IMG/VR virus record: IMGVR_UViG_3300012940_000076
Coordinates: 1-31,191 of that record
Direction: 5' to 3' (one strand)
Source: a virus
Taxonomy: Duplodnaviria > Caudoviricetes
DNA: 31,191 bases
Both the position numbers and the translations under genes were made by a program. A model generated the notes under the pieces. The model saw nothing but the letters and a program-made list of their open reading frames with translations. It was not told the origin of the DNA and did no database searches. Below, in pieces: positions 1 through 7,266 of the stretch (positions within the stretch are counted from its first letter, which is position 1; each line of letters begins with the position of its first letter).

Positions 1-2465
1 CACCAGCTCACGTACGCCTCGTACAGGGTAGAGGTGCGCACCTCACCCTCCGGGTCGACCACCAGCCGGCCCTCCTCCACCATGTCGGTGAGGAACTGAG
101 CCACGTTGTCCGACTCCAGCCGGTGCTCGGTGACCTGCTGCTGCACCGCGTCCGGCTCGCCCAGGCCCCGCTCCCGGTAGGCGGCCAGTCCCGCGAGCAC
201 CCAGTTCAGAATCCCCGAGGCCTCCTCCTCGAAGATCCGCCGGCCGATGTTTGGAATGTCCGTTCCATCCTTCTTCGAGAACTGCACCCCGAAGTGGATG
301 GGCTTGTACCGGGCCCAGATCGCCCCGTCGTCGGAGTTCATCCGGGGCGGGAAGTTCGTGGCGAACCACAGCGTGAACTTCGGCCGCCAACTGATGTTGC
401 GCTGGTACAGCTCCCGGGTGGTCACGTTGTCCCCACCGGTGACCCGCTTGATCAGCTCCTCGTCCAGCTTCGCCATGTCCGAGGTTTCCGAGGTGGTGAC
501 GAACCGCTTCTCCCGCAGGTAGTGGAGGTTGTTCGTGGCCTCCGAGCGGGTTTCCCGGAACGTGGTGGCCTCCGCCGTGGCCCCGAAGTCGCCGAACAAG
601 TTCTCCATGATGGACAGGAACTGGCTCTTGCCGGTGCCCGACGGGCCGTGCAGCAGGAACAACGCCCGCTGGTCGTTCTCCCCGGTGAGCGTGTAGCCCA
701 GGGCCCGTTGCACGTAGTCCCGCACCGCCGGGTCCGGCAGCACTTCGGCGAGGAACTTCTCGAACTTGGGGGCCGTGGCCTGCGGGTCGTAGACCGCGTT
801 CAGTTGCTTGGTCAACATTCTCTGGGAGGAGAAGTTGAGCAGCGTCCCCGGCCGGTTCAGGTCCAGGACCCCGTTGCGCGTGGTGATCAGGTTGGACTTC
901 TTGTCGAAGTCCTCCACCCGGGCCGCGATCTGCGCCAAGTCGGAAAGCTGGCCGATGATCCCCTTCGTCTTGCCCCGGGACTGGCTGGCGAGGCCGTGCT
1001 TGACCAGCTTGCACCCGCGACAGGTGCAGACCTTGACTTCCTCGTCGTGTTCCGTCCCCGCTTGATTCTTGAGCGCGTTGCCCTGCTCTACGATGAACTT
1101 GGTGACGGCCTGCACCGCCCGGTTCACGGCGCTGGTCTGATCAACCTCCCACACCTCACCGTTCCAGTACATCCACTCCTCCAGATGGGGGATGTACCGG
1201 AAGCGGTGGCCGTGCATGGCCGCCACCAACTCGGCAGCACCAAGATCAGTGAGGTCAAAGTCGTGAACCTGGGGTGGACGCACGGCCGGCGGCTCCTGCA
1301 CGGGGGCACCCCCGCCATCGGGAGCCTCGCTCGGCTGGAACGGGCGCGGCGGCGCAGACGGCTCGCGCTGGCTGCCGTAACCCTGCGAGCGCAGGGCCTT
1401 GGCCGCCGCCCGGAAGTCCATGCCGTACCCGTTGAGGATGCTCCAGGTGGCGAACTTGGAGTAGGTCCGGTTCGCCTCGAAGCCCTCCATCTCGGTGGAG
1501 AACACGTAGAGCAGGTTTGAGCCCCGGTAGTTCGTGGTGCAGGAGTGCCCGTCGCGGCGGTGCTTACCCGGCCGCACCCAGTAGTCCTCCTCGCCGTGGC
1601 GGCGGTCGAACTGGTAGCCGTGCGGCTCCAGGATCTCCTCCCACGACATCCGCTCGGCCAGCTCGTCGCCCGGACGGTGCCCATCCTCTGACTGTCGGGG
1701 GGCCGGCACCCGGGGCGGCTGCGGCGCGGGCTTCGGGGCCAGCCGCCGCACCGTGTCCTCGGCGGCGACCAGCGCCGTGGCGAGCTGGTCAACGGAGTAG
1801 AGCCGGTTCGATGCGTCCGGCAGGATGCGGCACATGGTGGGGGCGTCGGCGATCTTCCGGTTCACCGTGCCGGGGATGCGGGTCACCCGGGACAGGTCAC
1901 CGAGGCCGCCGTAGGAGTAGCCGATCCGTTCCGCCGTGGCGGTGAGAACGTCCTGCCAGCGGGTGGAGAAGTCCTGAGTGGACTCCCGCACCTGCTCATC
2001 GGTCACGTCGACCGGGTTGTCCAGCAGCCACCAGGCGTACAGGCCGCCCCCGGAGTGCATCCAGTAGGTGGGTTCGGGCAGCCCCGACTCGGTGACGATC
2101 CGCCGCGCCTCCTCCTCGTTGGGCGGCAGCGGCTTGGTCGTCTTGTGCCCGGGGCCGGCGATGTCCAGGTCGGCCCACAGGCCGGGCAGGGTGTGGGAGT
2201 CCTCGATGCTTCCCCGGCTCCCGGGGGTGAGCTTGGGGTTCTTGATCGTGGTCAGGCGCAGGTAGATACCCTTCGCGCCCTGGCCGTCGAGCTGCGCGAC
2301 GTAGGCCCGCATCGCCTGGGACTCGGTGGGGGCGAACACCTGGCCGGTCCAGTTGAGGGTGGAGCAGATGTGCACGTAGCCCTCGGAGGCCCCGTGCAGG
2401 AGAGTGATCCAGGCTTCGACCTCGTCAAGGTCAAGTTGGCTGGTCCGCGAGGGTTCGGTTACCAT
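1..2465 (-). CDS. DNA primase-helicase: RepB/AEP-type primase fused to P4/D5-family SF3 helicase; 3' end runs off the window
   Basis: Not in the ORF track. Manual translation from ATG 2465 (SD-like AAAGGGG ~10 nt upstream) gives MVTEPSRTSQLDLDEVEAW...LWADLDIAGPGHK...WMHSGGGLYAWWLL (AEP motifs), then a Pro-rich linker. It continues with Walker A HGPSGTGKS, Walker B-region RFVTTSE, IKRVTGGD and motif C LWFATN. Confidence 0.9.
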   Translation of the reverse strand, partial: MVTEPSRTSQLDLDEVEAWITLLHGASEGYVHICSTLNWTGQVFAPTESQAMRAYVAQLDGQGAKGIYLRLTTIKNPKLTPGSRGSIEDSHTLPGLWADLDIAGPGHKTTKPLPPNEEEARRIVTESGLPEPTYWMHSGGGLYAWWLLDNPVDVTDEQVRESTQDFSTRWQDVLTATAERIGYSYGGLGDLSRVTRIPGTVNRKIADAPTMCRILPDASNRLYSVDQLATALVAAEDTVRRLAPKPAPQPPRVPAPRQSEDGHRPGDELAERMSWEEILEPHGYQFDRRHGEEDYWVRPGKHRRDGHSCTTNYRGSNLLYVFSTEMEGFEANRTYSKFATWSILNGYGMDFRAAAKALRSQGYGSQREPSAPPRPFQPSEAPDGGGAPVQEPPAVRPPQVHDFDLTDLGAAELVAAMHGHRFRYIPHLEEWMYWNGEVWEVDQTSAVNRAVQAVTKFIVEQGNALKNQAGTEHDEEVKVCTCRGCKLVKHGLASQSRGKTKGIIGQLSDLAQIAARVEDFDKKSNLITTRNGVLDLNRPGTLLNFSSQRMLTKQLNAVYDPQATAPKFEKFLAEVLPDPAVRDYVQRALGYTLTGENDQRALFLLHGPSGTGKSQFLSIMENLFGDFGATAEATTFRETRSEATNNLHYLREKRFVTTSETSDMAKLDEELIKRVTGGDNVTTRELYQRNISWRPKFTLWFATNFPPRMNSDDGAIWARYKPIHFGVQFSKKDGTDIPNIGRRIFEEEASGILNWVLAGLAAYRERGLGEPDAVQQQVTEHRLESDNVAQFLTDMVEEGRLVVDPEGEVRTSTLYEAYVSW

Positions 2466-2509
2466 CCGGCATGGACCCCTTTCTCTTTTGTTGAGTGGGA
2501 GATGGCGAG

Positions 2510-2672
2510 TCCGAAGGTCAGAGCAAGCCGCACGCTTCTCTGACCAGGGAGCCCCGGGATCGGCGTGAGATCCCGGGGCTCCTTTCGTTCCCCGCCGGCC
2601 CCAACACCACGTTCCTGCGGTGTTTGATGATCCTAGGTCAGGGGAAGGCGGGGAACCTAACGTCCGTCCGGA
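2510..2672 (-). other. Multi-stem structured intergenic element (candidate cis-regulatory RNA, attenuator or origin)
   Basis: Inverted repeats: GGTCAGAG/CTCTGACC (2516-2545); perfect 14-bp GGAGCCCCGGGATC (2548-2561/2569-2582); GTTCCCCGCC/GGCGGGGAAC (2587-2596/2647-2656) enclosing sub-hairpins. A closing stem 2510-2515/2667-2672 is possible. Confidence 0.6.
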
Positions 2673-3368
2673 TTAATACGGGGGGTTCTGCTCCGGCTGG
2701 TTGGCGAACGGTGCCGGCTTGTCGGCCATGGCCTTGAGCCGGTCCAACATGCTCTGCTGGTTGGCGCTGTGCGGCGCGGCAGGGGGACCCGACACCAGCG
2801 GAGCCGGCGGGGCCGGGGGTGCCGGCGGCGCGGACACCGAGTAGCCCGACGGCGGAGCCGGCGGGGCCGGTGGGGCGGGCGGGCCAGCGGGACGCGGGGG
2901 AACCGGACCCGCCCACGCCGGGGCCGGACCCTGCTCGTGGTGCGCGGTCGACGGGGCACCACCCCACACCTCCCGGGGGCGCTCCTCGATCGGGGCCATG
3001 AAGTCGGGGTTCTCGGCGATGTACGCCTCCGCCGCCGACTCGGTGTCCGGGTCACCGACCAGGGAGACGAACTTCCACGCCAGGTAGCCCTTGGCGTTCT
3101 TCTCCTTCGTCGGGTAGCCGATGAACGGCACCCCGATGCTGTTCTTGAACGCCTTGATGATCGGCCCGGAGAACCAGAGGGCCCCCCGCTTCAACTCCCC
3201 GGTGTCCAGCAGCACGACGTTCACCTTGATCGCGTCGCTGCGGGTGTCCCGCACCGGCATGTCCGGGATGTACTCGATGGGCCGCACGAGCATCCGCCGG
3301 TTCCATCCCTCCTCCAGGCTGAACCGGTCGTTCTCTTCCCGCTGCGGCTGGTCCGGGTTGCCCCACAT
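2673..3368 (-). CDS. ssb: Putative single-stranded DNA-binding protein
   Basis: Beta-rich N-terminal ~130 aa, long Pro/Ala linker and aromatic C-terminal tip (EQNPPY). Lies between exonuclease and primase; strong SD GGAGG. Confidence 0.65.
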   Translation of the reverse strand: MWGNPDQPQREENDRFSLEEGWNRRMLVRPIEYIPDMPVRDTRSDAIKVNVVLLDTGELKRGALWFSGPIIKAFKNSIGVPFIGYPTKEKNAKGYLAWKFVSLVGDPDTESAAEAYIAENPDFMAPIEERPREVWGGAPSTAHHEQGPAPAWAGPVPPRPAGPPAPPAPPAPPSGYSVSAPPAPPAPPAPLVSGPPAAPHSANQQSMLDRLKAMADKPAPFANQPEQNPPY

Positions 3369-3369
3369 G

Positions 3370-3492
3370 TCACTTTCCTCCCTGGTTCTGCTGGTTCGCC
3401 TGGTTCGTCTGGTTCGTTCGGTGCTGGCAGGGGCACTGGCCGGGGCCGGCGCAGGTGCGATGCTCGCCGGCCCGGCAGGGAAGGCAGATCAT
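3370..3492 (-). CDS. 40-aa Cys/His-rich micro-protein (putative zinc finger)
   Basis: MICLPCRAGEHRTCAGPGQCPCQHRTNQTNQANQQNQGGK. ATGA overlap with the upstream stop at 3489-3492; ends just before ssb. Confidence 0.65.
   Translation of the reverse strand: MICLPCRAGEHRTCAGPGQCPCQHRTNQTNQANQQNQGGK
3382..3417. repeat. 9-bp tandem repeat CTGGTTCNN x4
   Basis: ctggttctg ctggttcgc ctggttcgt ctggttcgt; encodes the (xNQ)4 tail of the micro-protein. Confidence 0.8.
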
Positions 3493-3707
3493 CCCTCGGT
3501 TCCCGTCGGCGGCTCGGTGTTTGCGGCCAGCCAGTCCCGGTACTGGGTGATCGACGGGCAGGGCCACTCCTCCTGGTCCTGCATACACACCAGCTTCACA
3601 TCGACCGGCTGGCCCGGGTACCGCGTCACCAGCTCGCCGGGAACGTGGGTGCGCGTCACCAGCTCCAACACCAGCGTGTCGGTGAAGTCGTAGGTGGGAA
3701 TCGGCAT
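3489..3707 (-). CDS. Hypothetical protein, 72 aa, with H..CxxD..WPC metal-binding-like motif
   Basis: Start revised to ATG 3707 (TAATG overlap, SD GGAGGAG): MPIPTYDFTD...THVPG...CMQDQEEWPCPSI. Confidence 0.7.
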   Translation of the reverse strand: MPIPTYDFTDTLVLELVTRTHVPGELVTRYPGQPVDVKLVCMQDQEEWPCPSITQYRDWLAANTEPPTGTEG

Positions 3708-3937
3708 TACTCCTCCTTCGGGGTGAGGCCCAGCCTCTCGGCGAGCGTGGGCCACTGGTGCCAACCCCGGGTGTATACCAGGTGCTTGTCCCAGGTACGG
3801 ATCTGTGCGACGAGGTACCGGGCCAGGATGTAGTCCGGGGTGTTGGTGAGGTTGTCGATGTTATGGGCGTTCAGCAGGTTTGTGAGGGCACCGATGAACT
3901 GCGCCATGTCCGGGTCGTCGTGAAGGAAGCGCGCCAT
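3707..3937 (-). CDS. Hypothetical phage protein, 76 aa (NTPDYILARYL motif)
   Basis: Start revised to ATG 3937, after AGGAAAG and the exonuclease stop; tightly coupled to both neighbours. Confidence 0.7.
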   Translation of the reverse strand: MARFLHDDPDMAQFIGALTNLLNAHNIDNLTNTPDYILARYLVAQIRTWDKHLVYTRGWHQWPTLAERLGLTPKEE

Positions 3938-3938
3938 G

Positions 3939-4808
3939 TCACTTTCCTGGGCAGCCGGTCGCATCGGCGGGGTGACCCTCGCGGAATGCGGGCCGGAAGT
4001 ACGGGCAGAACGTGCACATGTCCGGGGTTGCCGGAATGTCATTGAAGCGTTCAGGGTGGTTATTGACGTCCAATAGGTCCACGACTCCCTGAATCCGGTA
4101 CATCCGGTCCAAGGCCGCCTGGGCGCGCTCGGGACGGTAGTCGTCCACCCAAACTTCCATATCCTCCAACCAGCCAGAGCGCGGAATGCCGATCAGGCAG
4201 ACCTTGCGCACCTCTCGGCCGGTCCGTTGGACCCCCTTGGCGTACAGGTTCACTTGATCTTTCTGGTGTTCCGGGGGGCCCGACTTTTGCCACTGCTTCA
4301 TCTTCGTGGGGCCCAGTGACTTCCAGTCGCACACCATGTGCTCCCAGTGGTCGAACAGGTCCATGTGGCCCCGGACGAGTTTGTCCGGGTGCACCACCAC
4401 CTCCGTGGACCAGCGCACCCCGCCGGCAAACTCTTGGAACTTGTTGATCGCGTTCTCTAGCCAGTTGTGGATCGCGGTGCCCACGATCGCCGGCCACGGG
4501 TCGACCATGGTGTTCACGGGGGGCACCCCGGCCAGCCGGTAGGCGATGAACCGCTCACACGCCTGTCCCATCTCCGAGGGGCCGATCTCCTGCTGCTGGC
4601 TGCGCAGGGAGTTGGCGTCGGCCCACCGGATGACTTCGATCAGGTCGTTGCGGATCTGCTCGGCGAACGGGTCACGGCCGCCGGGGTTGCCGAAGACAAC
4701 AGCCACCGGGTCCTCCTTCGGCTCGCATCCGATGTGGTACTCCGACCCCTGGTCGAGCAGGAGCCGATCGAGAACGCCCCCGCACTTGCGGCACAGGGCT
4801 CCGGCCAT
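3939..4808 (-). CDS. Cas4-like/RecB-family PD-(D/E)XK exonuclease
   Basis: IGPSEMGQACER, GTAIH, GHMDL, DWKS, QVNLYA and C-terminal CTFCPY...C (four-Cys cluster); extra N-terminal CxxC...HxxC. Confidence 0.85.
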   Translation of the reverse strand: MAGALCRKCGGVLDRLLLDQGSEYHIGCEPKEDPVAVVFGNPGGRDPFAEQIRNDLIEVIRWADANSLRSQQQEIGPSEMGQACERFIAYRLAGVPPVNTMVDPWPAIVGTAIHNWLENAINKFQEFAGGVRWSTEVVVHPDKLVRGHMDLFDHWEHMVCDWKSLGPTKMKQWQKSGPPEHQKDQVNLYAKGVQRTGREVRKVCLIGIPRSGWLEDMEVWVDDYRPERAQAALDRMYRIQGVVDLLDVNNHPERFNDIPATPDMCTFCPYFRPAFREGHPADATGCPGK

Positions 4809-5030
4809 CTAGGACAGTCCGCCTTGGATGTTGCTCGCGGCGAACTCCAGCACGGTCAGCAGATCCCGGCCGTCCCGGATGTCGCCGCCGCACTCCACAC
4901 CGATCCGCAGGCCCCCGTCCTCGGTCTTACCGACGACGAGAAACACGTACGTCTGCCCGTCGGCCAGCTCCTGGAGGGTAGCGATGCGCTGGTCACCCTC
5001 CTCGGCCTCCGTCCACTGGTACTCGGTCAC
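4809..5030 (-). CDS. Hypothetical protein, 73 aa
   Basis: GTG start with SD GGAGG and GTGA overlap with the upstream stop; abuts the exonuclease start. Confidence 0.7.
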   Translation of the reverse strand: MTEYQWTEAEEGDQRIATLQELADGQTYVFLVVGKTEDGGLRIGVECGGDIRDGRDLLTVLEFAASNIQGGLS

Positions 5031-5455
5031 GGGGCCTCCTCGTCACCTTCCAGGCGGGGGATGTAGCTGCGGTAGACGAACCGGCCCAGGACCCCCAGAT
5101 CCTCGCACTGTAGGGCTCCGGTACGACACCGCTCCAGCACCTCTTCGGCACTCATGGCGAGGTACTGGCTGGCCGTGGACAGGGGCACCAGATCCTCGAA
5201 CTTGAGGCCTTCCTGCTCGACCTCTTCGATCACTCGCCGGGCGGCCCAGACCCACTCGCCCACCCGGGCGGCGGACTGGGAGTTCATGCCCTGGACGGCA
5301 TCCTCCCAGCGCTTGAGCGCGTCCGGCGTGACCTCCATCAAGTGGGCCTGGGCGTTTCGGGAGAGGCCCACCTTCTCCCGAAGTTCGCGCAGACCCCCTC
5401 CTAGAACACTGGAAATGCCGAGCTTTATCAGCTCAGCCCGTGTGGGGTTTGCCAT
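5027..5455 (-). CDS. HTH DNA-binding protein (XRE-like N-domain plus excisionase-like C-terminal HTH)
   Basis: LRELREKVGLSRNAQAHLMEVTPDALKRWE (XRE pattern) and LVPLSTASQYLAMSAEEVLERCRTGAL (Xis/MerR-like pattern); divergent from terL. Confidence 0.75.
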   Translation of the reverse strand: MANPTRAELIKLGISSVLGGGLRELREKVGLSRNAQAHLMEVTPDALKRWEDAVQGMNSQSAARVGEWVWAARRVIEEVEQEGLKFEDLVPLSTASQYLAMSAEEVLERCRTGALQCEDLGVLGRFVYRSYIPRLEGDEEAP

Positions 5456-5529
5456 GCAAGGAGCCTACACGATCATTCCCCTGGACAGGGAGGGATCTCT
5501 GAACACTTTGCACCTTCTATGCTCATCGT
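5456..5529. promoter_or_regulatory. Divergent promoter region, both sides probably leaderless
   Basis: Minus: TAGGCT (5467-5462), 6 nt, ATG 5455. Plus: TATGCT (5518-5523), 6 nt, ATG 5530. Neither gene has an SD. Confidence 0.6.
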
Positions 5530-6954
5530 ATGGGTCTGTCCCTTGCCGAACGATTTGCCCGCCTCCCGGTTGAGGAGCGCATCGCCTGGATCGCGCAGCA
5601 ACCGAACGACGTGCTGGTCCAGATCGCCCGAGGTGAGTGGTGGTGGACCTCGCGCCCCGAGCAGATCCCGCCACCCGGTGACTGGTTCATCCACCTCGCC
5701 CTGGCCGGTCGCGGCTGGGGCAAGTCCCGAGCCGGCTCGGAGTGGCTGATTCAGCGCACCCAGGACCACCCGGTGGACCGGCACGGCACCCCCACCGAGT
5801 GGCTGGTCATCGCCGAGACGCTGGCCGACGCCCGGACGATCTGCGTGGAGGGCCCGGCCGGTCTGCTGCGTGTGCTGGAACGCCGGGAGATCAAGTACAA
5901 GTACATCAAGCACCCGAAGCCGATGATCCTGGTCGGCGACGCGGCCACCAAGATTTACTTCGAGGGCGCGGACGACGCCGACGTGGGTCGCGGCTACAAC
6001 GCTGCCGGGGCGTGGCTCGATGAAATTTGTAAGTGGAAGTACCTCAAGGCGTCCTGGGAGGAAGGCATCATGCCGTCCCTGCGCGCCGACCTTCTTGACG
6101 ACCACCCGCGCGTATTCGTCACCACCACCCCGAAGCCGGTGGATCTGATCCGGGAATGGGTGGCCCGCGAGGACGGCTCCGTCTCCCTCGTGCGCGGCAG
6201 CACCTTCGACAACGCCGCAAACCTGTCCGCGATGACGCTGGAGGAAATGCGTAAGCGGTACGAAGGAACCACCATCGGCCGCCAGGAGCTGTACGGCGAA
6301 CTCATCGAGAACATGGATGGGGCGCTATTCAAGTACAGCGACATCGAGGCCGGTCGGGTCACCCAGATGCCGGAACTGGAAGTGTCCCGGGTATGCGCCG
6401 TCGACCCTGCCCTGACCGGTGAGGACGACGAGATGGGCATCGTCATCGCCGCCCGTGACCCGAAGAACCACATCTACGTACTGGCGGACGAGTCGACCAT
6501 GGGTTCGGGGCGGCCGGCGGCCCTGCACGCCTGGCGGGCCTTCGCCAAGTGGGGCTGTGACACGCTGCTGTACGAGTCGAACCTGGGCAAGGTGTGGATG
6601 GAACAGGTGCTCAGCGACGCCTACAAGGAGTTGATCAAGAGCGGCTTGTTCCCGGAGCGGTCCACCCCGCCGATGCGTTCCGTCGACTCGAAGCACGGCA
6701 AAAAGACCCGTGCCGAGCCGGTTGCCATGCGTTACGAACAGCGCCGCGTCCACCACGTCGGCCGTTTCGAGCTGCTGGAGAACCAGATGGTCGAGTGGGA
6801 CCCGATGGTCGCCGCCGACTCGCCTGACCGGCTTGACGCATTGGTGCACGCGGTACGTCACCTGATGGCCGGGGAGAGGCGCGAGGTTCGTATTCACACG
6901 CCAACGGGCCGGTGGCTGCCAAATGTCCGCAGCACCACCTCACCATTCGGGTGA
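5530..6954 (+). CDS. terL: Terminase large subunit
   Basis: Walker A AGRGWGKS, Walker B AWLDE, coupling motif TTTP, nuclease VDPA and SPDRLDA. Confidence 0.95.
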   Translation: MGLSLAERFARLPVEERIAWIAQQPNDVLVQIARGEWWWTSRPEQIPPPGDWFIHLALAGRGWGKSRAGSEWLIQRTQDHPVDRHGTPTEWLVIAETLADARTICVEGPAGLLRVLERREIKYKYIKHPKPMILVGDAATKIYFEGADDADVGRGYNAAGAWLDEICKWKYLKASWEEGIMPSLRADLLDDHPRVFVTTTPKPVDLIREWVAREDGSVSLVRGSTFDNAANLSAMTLEEMRKRYEGTTIGRQELYGELIENMDGALFKYSDIEAGRVTQMPELEVSRVCAVDPALTGEDDEMGIVIAARDPKNHIYVLADESTMGSGRPAALHAWRAFAKWGCDTLLYESNLGKVWMEQVLSDAYKELIKSGLFPERSTPPMRSVDSKHGKKTRAEPVAMRYEQRRVHHVGRFELLENQMVEWDPMVAADSPDRLDALVHAVRHLMAGERREVRIHTPTGRWLPNVRSTTSPFG

Positions 6955-6975
6955 TCAAGGGATTAGGCTACGGAC

Positions 6976-7263
6976 ATGCTTGCCCTGTACCTGTTTATCC
7001 TGGCCCTAGCCACAGCTCGGGGCACAAAGCTCATCGTGGACGACTACATCACCGAACCATTCCGGAAGTTCGTCATCAGAAAGTTCGGAGAAGAGTCAAA
7101 ACTGACCTACCTTGTCCATTGCCCGTACTGCACGTCCATTTGGGTTGGCGGACTCGCCGCCGTATTCGCGTGCCTGGTACTAGCTGTTTCCTGGTGGTGG
7201 CTTGTACCTCTAACATTGGCATTCAGTCAAGCGGCGGTATTCGCGGCCCTCTTGGACAGGTGA
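6976..7263 (+). CDS. DUF1360-like membrane protein
   Basis: ATAR..LIVDDYITEPFR and LVHCPYCTSIW with hydrophobic helices; between terL and portal; preceded by TAGGCT-N6-ATG. Confidence 0.75.
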   Translation: MLALYLFILALATARGTKLIVDDYITEPFRKFVIRKFGEESKLTYLVHCPYCTSIWVGGLAAVFACLVLAVSWWWLVPLTLAFSQAAVFAALLDR

Positions 7264-7266
7264 CGA

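Noticed and set aside
43-1520. Track ORFs 43..1014(-) and 123..1520(+)
   Set aside because: Off-frame or antisense shadows of the primase-helicase gene, whose frame carries all the motifs.
2587-2656. tRNA or hammerhead in the branched stem
   Set aside because: No T-loop GTTCRA, anticodon arm or CCA; UGAUGA lacks the leading C and the partner GAAA.
3939-4808. CRISPR-Cas system suggested by the Cas4-like gene
   Set aside because: No repeat-spacer array or other cas genes; the context is phage recombination.
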